This document shows positions 35,515-44,768 of a stretch of DNA of 64,000 bases, piece after piece. The translations under genes were made by a program, and so were the position numbers. Location of the stretch: NCBI GenBank assembly GCA_035273425.1, contig DATEPB010000058.1, positions 44,590-108,589 on the forward strand, in the 5' to 3' direction. Every line of letters begins with the position of its first letter. Position 1 is the first letter of the stretch. The notes beneath the pieces are model-generated. The model was not told the DNA's origin and did no database searches. It worked only from the letters and a program-made list of their open reading frames with translations. The DNA is from Pyrinomonadaceae bacterium (GTDB lineage: Bacteria > Acidobacteriota > Blastocatellia > Pyrinomonadales > Pyrinomonadaceae).

Positions 35515-36648
35515 TTAGACTTTGATAAATATCTTCCGCCGGTAGAGTATCCACATTAGTCCCAACCAGACCAAAATAAAACAGATCGCAAATGCGAGCG
35601 ACGCCCGGTGCGGCGGCAACCACGATGAAAAGCCGTTCCGGAAGATCCAACTGTGCAAGGAGATTTTATTTCCATCAGCGCCGTTCACTTTTATCAGCCC
35701 CAGCGATCTGGCCATCACCCCGGATCCTACAAAAAGGACAATCGCGTTAACTCCAAACACCACAAACGGCTTGGTCCACCATTGATACTTCTTGATGTCG
35801 ATCAGCCAGTAACACAAGGCCAGAAATTCCAGAGCCATGCCGCCGGTAAAGAATACGTAGGAACTGGTCCATAACGACTTATTGATCGGAAAGAACGGGT
35901 TCCAGGTCCAGCCGATTACAATACAAACCGCACCAGCCACAAACAATCCAGCGACTTTTTCATAAGCGGATTTTTCAGTTCGTAGCCATTGCCCGGTCAG
36001 CACTCCGAACAGCGTTGTGGCAATGGCTGGAATGGTGCTGAGCAAGCCTTCAGGGTCAAAGACCTTTCCCTGCTTCCAAATATGTGGGCCAAGCATGACT
36101 CGATCGATGTACGAAGCCAGACTTCCCTCTTTACTTAAATCGCCAACCGGGAACCCAGGCGCGTGTAAACGAGTCATCAACAACCAGTAAAGAAGCAGCA
36201 GCGCGAGGGTAATGATGATCTGGGTTCGGACCTTGGTGTTAAGAAATATTAGCGAGGCGAATAAGTAACAGACTGCAATCCGCTGAAGCACTCCAGGAAT
36301 ACGAATTGTTGAAAAATTGAAATAAGGGAAACCGGCGAGAAAGATCCCGAGGGCGAAGATGATGAGAGTGCGTCTGACGATCTTCAGATAGAGATCGCGT
36401 TTGCTGCCGCCAACTTCCATTCGGCGTCCAAACGCCAGCGGTATCGCCACACCGACGATGAACAGAAAGAACGGGAAGATCAGATCAGTGGGCGTCCAAC
36501 CATGCCATTCGGCGTGGCCCAGCGGCCAGTAGATGCTCGCCCAGGAACCAGGATTATTAACCAGCACCATTCCGGCGATGGTGATCCCGCGAAACACATC
36601 GAGTGAGATAAGGCGTTCGTTAGGGTTGGTAGCGGCAGCTTTAGGCAT
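35515..36648 (-). CDS. HGSNAT-like (DUF5009/DUF1624) transmembrane acyltransferase
   Basis: [23 protein letters not shown]-terminal motif and a multi-TM layout. Confidence 0.7.
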   Translation of the reverse strand: MPKAAATNPNERLISLDVFRGITIAGMVLVNNPGSWASIYWPLGHAEWHGWTPTDLIFPFFLFIVGVAIPLAFGRRMEVGGSKRDLYLKIVRRTLIIFALGIFLAGFPYFNFSTIRIPGVLQRIAVCYLFASLIFLNTKVRTQIIITLALLLLYWLLMTRLHAPGFPVGDLSKEGSLASYIDRVMLGPHIWKQGKVFDPEGLLSTIPAIATTLFGVLTGQWLRTEKSAYEKVAGLFVAGAVCIVIGWTWNPFFPINKSLWTSSYVFFTGGMALEFLALCYWLIDIKKYQWWTKPFVVFGVNAIVLFVGSGVMARSLGLIKVNGADGNKISLHSWIFRNGFSSWLPPHRASLAFAICFILVWLGLMWILYRRKIFIKV

Positions 36649-36676
36649 TTCATAAAAGCCTGGTGGCGTAGATCAA

Positions 36677-36828
36677 CTCCTTGGAGTGCGCCGCCTTGTC
36701 GGCGCTTTGGCCGGTCGCGGCTTTGCGCGACCTGATGAGCTTAAGATTAGCTCCGAGTTGTTTGGATGCTGCACAGCGGCGGCACAACCGCCGCTACCAA
36801 AGCGCCGACAAGGCGGCGCACTCCAAGG
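36677..36828. repeat. Palindromic repeat, CTCCTTGGAGTGCGCCGCCTTGTCGGCGCTTTGG family
   Basis: Arm 36677-36710 is mirrored at 36797-36828. There is an inner GGTCGCG...CGCGACC hairpin. Confidence 0.8.
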
Positions 36829-36874
36829 CGTTGACTCTAACGCGCATCTACGAAGCGGACCTGTTGCGATTAAC

Positions 36875-38980
36875 TCATCGCGCGGGGCTTGGCGCCGGCA
36901 TCGGCCTTGGGCCAAGTCCAAACTCTTCAGGGCTCGGTAGAACAGATGTCGTGTTGTACAACCGCACCGCTTCCTCGAGACTCTTGCTCTTGTTGAGCCA
37001 CATATTGATTGCGCGGTCGTAGCGCGCAAGAACGCTCTCCAGCCAATAGGGCCGATTCTCTGCCATCCACTGCTTTCGATACTCCTCTTTCAATATCGTC
37101 AACTCCTCGGCCATTTCGCGCAGCCAGTTGTAAATATTGCCCCAGTAGTTTCGCAGCCTGCCAACCTTGCGCCGGTCGCCGAGATTCAGATAGGCGTCCC
37201 AGTACTCCTGACTGAATTTCTCCATCACCTGCATGCGACGGCCCAAGTGATCGAATCGCTGCGCCGCAAAACGCATCGAGGAAATCATCGACCGGTTCCG
37301 ACGCGCACGGTCCCCATTTCTCAGAAGAGTTTCGTCGGCTTTCTCAACCTCAAGTCTCATTTCCTTGAGTTGGTTCTTTAGAGTTCGCGATTGAAGCTGA
37401 AAACTTGATGTAAACGGGTCGCGCCAGAATAACTCGTCGGTTTGGCCAGCGGCCAAGAGACTATTGACACCTCCGAGATCAGTCAGGGCCTCCGTGAACT
37501 GGTGATCGTCGTTTCGAAAGAAAGCCCAGTCGAAGTCGCGATTGAAGGCAGCAACATCGACCGGCTTGTTTTCCCATGAAGCAGCGGCCCCAAGGACCAT
37601 TCCGTGCCAGGTCATTTCAAAGAGCGTTTCCCCGTCGTCGTCCCAGGTTGTATTCATCATTCCCATGGCGCCTGCCGCTTGGCCGTCACGCACGAAGTTG
37701 ACGATGTTTTTGGTGGCTGAATCAACATTGGGAAAGATTTGATTCCAGTTGCCTGCGCCGGGGCAGACAAACTGATCGAGACCGGCATCCTTGAACGGCT
37801 TGATTCGATCAACAAAGCTGTCTCGTGCACCATACTGCCAATTCATGACAATCAAGTCCTTCGGAATCTTTCCAATCAACTCCGGATGGCTTAAGGCAAT
37901 GTCACCCCAAAACATCAGACGTCGGTTGTAGGGCCGCAATACATCCCGCACTCTGTTTAAGTGCTCGAAATAGATCGCACCTACTCCCCGCTGTCGGGCT
38001 GCTTCGCGACTCTGTCCCTCACCCAACTCAAACGTTTCATCAGCTCCAATGTGGAAAAACTTTCCCGGGAAGAGCTGGTCCAGCTCGCGATACCAATCGG
38101 CTACTAACTTGTAAGAACCTTCCTGTTGCGGTGAAAGCACGTCGCCATGTGGCACCTCTGCCAGCTCGTTATACTTTTCCAGCTTCAAAGCTTTGTGCAG
38201 ATGACCAAACGTCTGCTGCTCTGGTACCAGCTCGATGTGATACGAACGCGCGTAAGCTACGAGCTCGCGGATTTCGTCCGGGGTCAACGAGCCGCCCGCT
38301 GGTCCAATAAGTGGATGCGAGCTGCTGCTAAACGTGTGTTCCATATAAAAGGAATGCATGTTCAACTTGAACGCGGCGAAGGTGCGCAACTGCCGTTTTA
38401 TGTAATCCACCGTAGGCACAGGGCCGCGACTAATGTCATCCGAAACCGCCCTCCAACGCATCGCGGGCCAATCAACAATTTGCACCCCAGGGATAAAGGC
38501 GTTTGCACCGTCGCCGCGCACTAGCTGCTTCAGAGTTTGCAGGCCATAGAATGTTCCCGCTTCAGTTTGACCACCCACGACAACCTGATCGCGATCCACT
38601 ATCAGGACATAACCCTCGCCGTCGAACGGGGTCGGGATTGCTAAGTTAGACCCTTTCAACGCTCGAACGATCTGCGGGTGGTCCAACTCACCGACAAGGA
38701 TTCGACGTCGTCCTCCGCCGACGCGCAGGTTAAGCTTGGCTGCGTCGCGCATATCGGCGATGAAGTCATTAGCGGCAAACTGATTGTCTCGTGAACGCGG
38801 GTTGGCCAGGGCGATCCGCGTGTCACCGCCGAGCTTGAATCGCTCGCCGGTTGCTGTCATCGATCGCGGTCGCGGTATGACCTGTAACGACGGCTGGGAC
38901 TCCTGGGCCGTACCTAGTGTGGAGAGAAAACATAACAACAGAGTCAGGATTGCGCTTCGTGATAGAGTGGTCTGCATCAA
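36875..38980 (-). CDS. GH20 beta-N-acetylhexosaminidase, secreted
   Basis: FFHIGADETFELG catalytic-region motif and a signal peptide; 701 aa. Confidence 0.8.
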   Translation of the reverse strand: MMQTTLSRSAILTLLLCFLSTLGTAQESQPSLQVIPRPRSMTATGERFKLGGDTRIALANPRSRDNQFAANDFIADMRDAAKLNLRVGGGRRRILVGELDHPQIVRALKGSNLAIPTPFDGEGYVLIVDRDQVVVGGQTEAGTFYGLQTLKQLVRGDGANAFIPGVQIVDWPAMRWRAVSDDISRGPVPTVDYIKRQLRTFAAFKLNMHSFYMEHTFSSSSHPLIGPAGGSLTPDEIRELVAYARSYHIELVPEQQTFGHLHKALKLEKYNELAEVPHGDVLSPQQEGSYKLVADWYRELDQLFPGKFFHIGADETFELGEGQSREAARQRGVGAIYFEHLNRVRDVLRPYNRRLMFWGDIALSHPELIGKIPKDLIVMNWQYGARDSFVDRIKPFKDAGLDQFVCPGAGNWNQIFPNVDSATKNIVNFVRDGQAAGAMGMMNTTWDDDGETLFEMTWHGMVLGAAASWENKPVDVAAFNRDFDWAFFRNDDHQFTEALTDLGGVNSLLAAGQTDELFWRDPFTSSFQLQSRTLKNQLKEMRLEVEKADETLLRNGDRARRNRSMISSMRFAAQRFDHLGRRMQVMEKFSQEYWDAYLNLGDRRKVGRLRNYWGNIYNWLREMAEELTILKEEYRKQWMAENRPYWLESVLARYDRAINMWLNKSKSLEEAVRLYNTTSVLPSPEEFGLGPRPMPAPSPAR

Positions 38981-39079
38981 AATAGTTGGAGATTCGTCTG
39001 ATTTTGTATTTCTGCGAACTGGCTGGAAAAACGCAGCAGTATTTAACCCATATCGCGTGTGATTACAATGTCGTGCATG

Positions 39080-39342
39080 CTTTAGCTTGTCGTTACTCGT
39101 TTTTAATAAGTACTTTCGACGCGTAGCGTCGCTCCGAATTTAGCCCAGCCTTTCAAGGCCGGGAAACAACCCAAACGAAGTCTTCGCGTCGCGTAGCGAC
39201 GCAGGAAAACAATGTGGACTCCATCGTCGCCACGCGACGAAAACCCGACGACACGAGGTCCCGGCGTTGAAACGCCGGGCTAAACTCGTAACGACGCTAC
39301 GCGTCGAAGACACTTGATCAGGCCTTCCTTTAGCTTGTCGTT
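39080..39342. repeat. Palindromic element flanked by a 15-nt direct repeat
   Basis: CTTTAGCTTGTCGTT occurs at 39080-39094 and 39328-39342. TCGACGCGTAGCGTCG (39116-39131) is mirrored at 39292-39307. TTTAGCCCAGCCTTTCAAGGCCGGG is mirrored imperfectly at 39261-39285. Confidence 0.6.
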
Positions 39343-39491
39343 GACGTTGGGAAAACGCAATATGCGCCGTCACTTCGCTGACAATGCCTGCGTCGGTATC
39401 ATTATTCACTGCGTCCGTGTAATTCGTTTCAAACGACAAGCTGAAGCATGTCGGACATTGGGCGTACTCTATGCACTTGTAAACGGAGGTA

Positions 39492-40532
39492 TTGAACTTG
39501 TCCCTGATGCTTCAGGAGATAGCCGAACAGCCGGAAGCTTTGTCTCGCACGATCGAGGCTGAGCGCGAGAAGATTTCTCGACTCGGAACGTTTCTCAAAT
39601 CAAGAGACGTTGATCTCATCGTCCTGGTGGCCCGCGGAAGTTCCGACAACGCAGCCCTCTTTGGACGATACCTGTTGGAAATCACAACCGGGATCCCAGT
39701 CTCACTCTCAGCACCATCCGTTCACACAATCTATCGAGCTCGCCTCAATCTGAAACGTGCGCTCGTAGTAGGTGTCTCCCAATCTGGTGAAGGCGAAGAT
39801 ATTAATCAGGTACTGGAGAACGCGCGTGAAGGCGGAGCTTACACAGTCGGGATTACGAATGAAGAATCGTCATCAATGGTGAACCTGGTTGACGAAACAC
39901 TTCTAATGCATGGTGGGCGTGAGCAATCCGTAGCTGCGACCAAAACTTTCACCGGGCAAATGATGCTCTTTTATCTGCTCGCGCTGGCTCTTGCTGAACG
40001 CAAACCTTCATGGTCGTGTGATGCGATTCCCGAATTCGCGGCCCGTGCTCTTGAACAGCAGCCAGCGATACGCGAACTGGTCCAACGTTATGTGTTCATG
40101 GAAAACTGTGTCGTAGTTGGGCGAGGTCTTGCCTACGCCAACGCGTATGAACTCGCATTGAAGTTGATGGAGACCTGCTACGTGGTGGCCGAGCGCTTCT
40201 CATCGGCAGACTTTCTGCATGGACCACTGGCGATGGTTGAGCGACACTTCCCTGTCATCTTGTTTGCTCCGCCGGGCGTGATGCTTGCAGGCGTCAGAGA
40301 CCTGATCAAGCGATTACGTGAGCTGCACGCGGACACCCTTGTGCTCACCAGCGATCTGGATACGGCGAGTGACAGCACCCGCTCGGTAATCATGCCGAAA
40401 GAAATTGATGAGTTTTGTGCGCCAATTCCTTATATAATCCCCGGCCAATTGTTTGCGGCACTTCTAGCGGAAGCCAAGGGGCTGGATCCGGATCAGCCTC
40501 GATCGCTTTCGAAGGTGACACGAACGTTGTGA
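39492..40532 (+). CDS. Double-SIS protein (GlmS C-terminal-like; amino-sugar phosphate deaminase/isomerase-like)
   Basis: VGVSQSGEGEDI SIS motif and a second SIS half; 346 aa. The start codon is uncertain (TTG 39492/39498 or ATG 39507). Confidence 0.75.
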   Translation: MNLSLMLQEIAEQPEALSRTIEAEREKISRLGTFLKSRDVDLIVLVARGSSDNAALFGRYLLEITTGIPVSLSAPSVHTIYRARLNLKRALVVGVSQSGEGEDINQVLENAREGGAYTVGITNEESSSMVNLVDETLLMHGGREQSVAATKTFTGQMMLFYLLALALAERKPSWSCDAIPEFAARALEQQPAIRELVQRYVFMENCVVVGRGLAYANAYELALKLMETCYVVAERFSSADFLHGPLAMVERHFPVILFAPPGVMLAGVRDLIKRLRELHADTLVLTSDLDTASDSTRSVIMPKEIDEFCAPIPYIIPGQLFAALLAEAKGLDPDQPRSLSKVTRTL

Positions 40533-40569
40533 TTTTTGAGTTTAACCTTGCTCCCACAAATACCCGACC

Positions 40570-40830
40570 ATGAACATTGAACTTAAAGATCTATCGACCG
40601 CCGGCCCGGTCTACGCGCAAGTGCGCGAACAGATAGAAGGACATATCAGCAGTCAAACCGTCGCGCCGGGAGAATCTCTTCCTTCACCCGGCGTCCTCGC
40701 GCAAAAACTCTCGGTTGATAAAGGCGAGATCCAGCGAGCTTATTTCGAGCTCGAACAGTCAGGACTGTTGAAGAAAGAAACCACCAAAGATTTTCTGGGT
40801 CATCAGAAAATAACCTACCGCGTGGCCTGA
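40570..40830 (+). CDS. Small GntR-like winged-helix protein (DNA-binding domain only)
   Basis: 86 aa; LPSPGVLAQKLSVDKGEIQRAYFELEQSGLL resembles the GntR HTH. Confidence 0.5.
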   Translation: MNIELKDLSTAGPVYAQVREQIEGHISSQTVAPGESLPSPGVLAQKLSVDKGEIQRAYFELEQSGLLKKETTKDFLGHQKITYRVA

Positions 40831-40977
40831 GCCTCATCTGTGAAACCTCAAATGATGGGAGTTCACTGCGCGGCAGTACGCATTCCACTATTGTGCGCCA
40901 AAGCTCCCGCGCGTTCGAGCCCCGCCTTATGACTAAACCAATGCTCACGTGATATTCTTTTTTTCGTATTGAAAATC

Positions 40978-41062
<85 letters not shown>

Positions 41063-41205
41063 GTAAATCTTCACCCTACCGACTGACTAATACTCTGTGG
41101 ATAGTGCAGGTTCGTCACCGGCCTACCATGTAGCCGAGGTCAACTGGCTTTAAAACTGCCGTCGTCCTTCTCCTCTATTTGCCGACAACGTATCATTAAA
41201 CCAAA

Positions 41206-41240
41206 GAAAAACCCGCCCTAACCGGAATCAAGAGCGGGTT
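41206..41240 (-). terminator. Intrinsic terminator (minus strand)
   Basis: AACCCGC/GCGGGTT stem followed by a T-run on the minus strand, 26 nt past the stop at 41266. Confidence 0.55.
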
Positions 41241-41265
41241 CTCCAAAGGTGCCTTCAGGACTATA

Positions 41266-41892
41266 TCAGTTTGGGCAGCACACTGTGCCGCAAGTACTAT
41301 TAAGACACTTGCCCCTAGCCGGACACAGCATTAAGTCGTTGCAATACGCGCAACCGCACGGTTCTAGACCACCCTCTCCGTTGTTAAACGGGTCTTGCGC
41401 GGCGAAGGCTTTTACGAACCGCGTATTCTTCGAGATACTTGGAGCAGGTCGCAAATCAACCGCCTTAATTTTTACCGACCACGGTGCATTACTGACTTCA
41501 TCTCTGACTACCAGTGTTTCCTCTTTCGCGGCGACACGAGTCGAAACATGGACAGCGGTTAGTCGCTTCAATGCTTCAGTTGAAATACGTTCAGAGTAGT
41601 TACCGGACACCAGGAAGACATCGAATTTAACCTTACCCATTTCCATCACTGGCTCAATGCGAACGGCAGACACCAACCCGCCATCTTTTACCGGCACGGT
41701 GACAACGAGCCCCTTTTCTTTTGTCATTGCCACGGGTACGTATAAGGTGCCATGACAACTGTTCGTTGTGATTTCAACGCCTAGATTTTGATTTGATTGG
41801 AGAGAGACAGGCCAATGTTGAGGAGAAGGATGGCTAAAACCTAAACCTATCCCTACCAGAACTAACAGGAGTGTGAACGTGATTCTTTTCAT
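41266..41892 (-). CDS. Secreted hypothetical protein with Cys-rich C-terminal tail
   Basis: Signal peptide MKRITFTLLLVLVGIGLGFS. The last 32 residues, CGCAYCNDLMLCPARGKCLNSTCGTVCCPN, hold 8 Cys. The gene has its own terminator. Confidence 0.55.
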   Translation of the reverse strand: MKRITFTLLLVLVGIGLGFSHPSPQHWPVSLQSNQNLGVEITTNSCHGTLYVPVAMTKEKGLVVTVPVKDGGLVSAVRIEPVMEMGKVKFDVFLVSGNYSERISTEALKRLTAVHVSTRVAAKEETLVVRDEVSNAPWSVKIKAVDLRPAPSISKNTRFVKAFAAQDPFNNGEGGLEPCGCAYCNDLMLCPARGKCLNSTCGTVCCPN

Positions 41893-42431
41893 GAGGACCT
41901 TCCTGTGAGAGAACGTCTGGAACAAAGGGGCAGTGGGAATATAGACCCGTAACTCTAAGTAGGTCAAGAGATTCCAGCAATCGTAAGTTAATTAAAAACC
42001 GCCTATGACTTTCGTAAATAAGCGGTGCTCCGGTTCCAACTCTTTGTCTTGGTCCCGGATTATTGTTTGACTGTTATGCATTGCTCTTGCGGAAGTTGGT
42101 CGATTCGTAAAACGAACTTCGCAGTAAGTAGATTCCCTCATGGAGGTGGGTTACATAGTTATTCAGGTGCAATGATATAGTTTTCCGCACGGGCTGTTTA
42201 ACGACACTAGGCTGTCGAAAGTAAGTTACCAGATTAATAACTTGTGAGTTACTGATTTGCGACAGAAGCAAACAGCGGTCATTCAGTAGTCAGTCAAGAC
42301 CAGAAGAGCTACTCAGGAGATTTCTTTCTGGGCTAGTGTTTGAAATGACTCGCTGTTTGCCTCAAGCAAATAGATTGCTGATCGCTGAGCTGATTGATGA
42401 TTGCTATTTCGTCGCTCTCTTAGAAAGGAAG

Positions 42432-42456
42432 GCCCGTTGCACTGCTTGCAACGGGC
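42432..42456 (+). promoter_or_regulatory. 10-bp perfect hairpin between an SD-like purine tract and the tig start
   Basis: GCCCGTTGCA CTGCT TGCAACGGGC. AAAGGAAGG lies just 5' of it and ATG 42466 lies 9 nt 3' of it. Confidence 0.4.
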
Positions 42457-42465
42457 GCACGTTTA

Positions 42466-43800
42466 ATGAAGACAGAATCTGTTGATGTTTCTCCGACACG
42501 AAAAGAAATCACGATCGAGATCGATCCCAAGGCTGTGCGTGAGGTTTACGATCGAATTAGCGATGACTACGCGAAGCAGGCGAAGGTGCCGGGCTTTCGA
42601 CCCGGTCATGCACCACGCTCCGTGGTGCGCTCTCGTTTCAAAAGCGAGATTCGTGCAGCTGCACTTCAAGAACTGGTTCCCGCCGCTGTTAATGATGCCA
42701 TCAGCGAATTAGCGCCCAGTGCTATCGGCGAACCGGACGTTCAATTGGATAACTCTGAAGCGCTCCAGAACTTTGGCGATGAGCCGATTTCTGTCCGCGT
42801 AAACGTTGAAGTGCTTCCCGAGTTCGAGTTGCAAAACTACAAGGGCCTCGAGGTTACTCGTCAAACTCGTCCAATCGTCGACGCGAATGTAGATGAGATG
42901 CTTGAGGCGCTTCGCGAGTCATCGGGCGCGATGCAGCCAGTCGAGGATCGCGGCGCGACTCTGGGTGACACAGTCACGATAAATGTCGACGGCGTATTTG
43001 TAGGTGAACCCGATGCTGAGCACATCAAGGCAGAAGACGTTGAGGTCACACTCGGCGCCAAGGGCGTGCAGGCTGAGTTTACTGAGAACCTTAATGGCGT
43101 GCGGCCCGACGACGAAAAGACGTTTTTGGTTGAGTATCCTGAGGATTTCAGCTCAAAAGGCCTGGCCGGTAAGAAGGTGGAATACACTGCAACGGTCTCA
43201 GCATTGCGCGTGAAAGAACTTCCCGAAGCCGACGATGAATGGGCGAAAAGTTTAGGGGAGGAATTCGATTCCATCGGCACCCTGCGCTCGAAGATCCGGG
43301 AGGATCTTGAGAATCGCGCGGCGCAGGAGTCGTCCCATCGCGTCCGTGCCGATGTAATGCGCAAGCTCATCGAAGCAAATCAGATCGATGTACCGCAAAC
43401 TCTGGTCGACCATCAGACCAACGTGCGTCTTGAGAGCGTGGTGCGCGACATGATGGGACGAGGCTTGGATCCACGAAGTCAACAGATCAACTGGGAGGGT
43501 GCGAGAGACGAACTGAAGGGCCAGGCTGAAGAGGATGTACGCGGCTCGTTGCTGCTTGAACGCATTGCGGAACAGGAGCAGATCGAGGTAACAAATGATG
43601 AGATCGAAGAAGAGATCCAGACCATCGCGCGAGGCTCTCAACAGTCGATAGAACAGGTGCGAGGCGTCTTGACAAAGGATGGGGGCGAACGTAGCATCGC
43701 GAACAGGTTGCGCAACCGTAAAGCGCTTGACCTGCTGGTTGAAAACGCACGAGTAACTGACGAAGAGTGGCGCGAAAAAAAGGATGAAGATGAAGGCTGA
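42466..43800 (+). CDS. tig: Trigger factor
   Basis: 444 aa; N-terminal ribosome-binding region with GFRPGHAP motif; canonical position upstream of clpP-clpX. Confidence 0.9.
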   Translation: MKTESVDVSPTRKEITIEIDPKAVREVYDRISDDYAKQAKVPGFRPGHAPRSVVRSRFKSEIRAAALQELVPAAVNDAISELAPSAIGEPDVQLDNSEALQNFGDEPISVRVNVEVLPEFELQNYKGLEVTRQTRPIVDANVDEMLEALRESSGAMQPVEDRGATLGDTVTINVDGVFVGEPDAEHIKAEDVEVTLGAKGVQAEFTENLNGVRPDDEKTFLVEYPEDFSSKGLAGKKVEYTATVSALRVKELPEADDEWAKSLGEEFDSIGTLRSKIREDLENRAAQESSHRVRADVMRKLIEANQIDVPQTLVDHQTNVRLESVVRDMMGRGLDPRSQQINWEGARDELKGQAEEDVRGSLLLERIAEQEQIEVTNDEIEEEIQTIARGSQQSIEQVRGVLTKDGGERSIANRLRNRKALDLLVENARVTDEEWREKKDEDEG

Positions 43801-43900
43801 GGGATGAACACGAGAAGAGTTTTTCTGACTTCCAATGGTTCATCATTCAACCTTTCTTTCTCATCCTTTTTTACTGCCCGCTAAGGAAGGCTAATAACAC

Positions 43901-44485
43901 ATGGCTCTGGTTCCAATGGTCGTTGAGCAAACGTCGCGCGGTGAACGTGCGTTCGATATCTTCTCGCGACTGCTCAAAGACAATATCATTTTTCTCGGCA
44001 CGCCAATCGACGATCAAATCGCTAACCTGATCGTGGCCCAGCTGCTCTTCCTTGAAGCTGAAGATCCTGAAAAGGACATCAATCTTTACATCAATTCCCC
44101 GGGCGGCTCGATTACCGCCGGCATGGCCGTTTACGACACGATGCAATTTATCCGTCCAGACGTCACCACCATCTGCGTGGGCCAGTGCGCGTCGATGGGT
44201 GCGCTGCTCCTGGCAGCCGGCGCGAAGGGTAAACGTTTTGCCCTGCCTAACTCGCGCATACTGATCCATCAACCGTCCGGCGGATCGCAGGGACAGGCGA
44301 CCGACATTCGCATCCAGGCCGAAGAAATCCTGCGCATGCGTGAACTTACATCGCAAATTCTTGCCAAACACACTGGACAATCGTATGAAACGGTTGAGCG
44401 TGACGTAGAACGCGATAAAATAATGTCTGCCGTGCAAGCCAAGGATTATGGTTTAATAGACGAAGTCATCGCGCACCGCGAATAG
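43901..44485 (+). CDS. clpP: ATP-dependent Clp protease proteolytic subunit
   Basis: [29 protein letters not shown] (Ser) and ILIHQPSGG (His). Confidence 0.95.
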   Translation: MALVPMVVEQTSRGERAFDIFSRLLKDNIIFLGTPIDDQIANLIVAQLLFLEAEDPEKDINLYINSPGGSITAGMAVYDTMQFIRPDVTTICVGQCASMGALLLAAGAKGKRFALPNSRILIHQPSGGSQGQATDIRIQAEEILRMRELTSQILAKHTGQSYETVERDVERDKIMSAVQAKDYGLIDEVIAHRE

Positions 44486-44508
44486 GGCCGGAACCCTGGA
44501 GACCTCCA

Positions 44509-44730
44509 ATGATTGCAAAAATGAAAGCACGCGGATTTAGCTGCTCATTTTGTGGCCGCTCCAGAGGAGAGGTCGCAAACATTGTGTCAGGCACCCCCCA
44601 GCGCGCTCCCGGAGTTCCCAAACAGATGATTGGCAAGACGGCTTTTATTTGTAACGAGTGTGTGCAGCGCTATCGCGAGATGGCAAGTACCCCAGACATG
44701 CCCGGCAATTCTCCCGTGCTCAGCAAATAA
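44509..44730 (+). CDS. Stand-alone ClpX-type C4 zinc-binding-domain protein
   Basis: [17 protein letters not shown]...FICNECV parallels [27 protein letters not shown] of the adjacent clpX. GGAG lies 7 nt upstream of the ATG. Confidence 0.6.
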   Translation: MIAKMKARGFSCSFCGRSRGEVANIVSGTPQRAPGVPKQMIGKTAFICNECVQRYREMASTPDMPGNSPVLSK

Positions 44731-44768
44731 GCGGGTTCGATCGAAGCTTAAGGAGATCCCCTAAACAC

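Noticed and set aside
36673-37029. ORFs 36673..37029, 36681..37022 and 36686..36940 (and similarly 55198..55380, 7196..7396, 8524..8910)
   Set aside because: They are composed of palindromic repeat arms (KAPTRRRTPR-type peptides on both strands). No coding signature is visible beyond the repeat.
42074-42271. 65-aa minus-strand ORF in the AT-rich region upstream of tig
   Set aside because: The translation is low-complexity. There is no RBS and no terminator. It is probably non-coding.
42345-42482. 45-codon ORF (MTRCLPQANRLL...CTACNGRTFNEDRIC) overlapping the tig start
   Set aside because: It has no RBS, and its Cys pairs are simply the translation of the hairpin arms. It is too weak to call.
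44658-44768. N-terminal 37-codon extension of clpX in the ORF track
   Set aside because: It would overlap the zinc-finger ORF in another frame. The canonical ClpX N-terminus ([16 protein letters not shown]) begins at ATG 44769. Similar track extensions were trimmed for glgA (51696), engB (49208), the S9 peptidase (17643), cutC (4896) and others.
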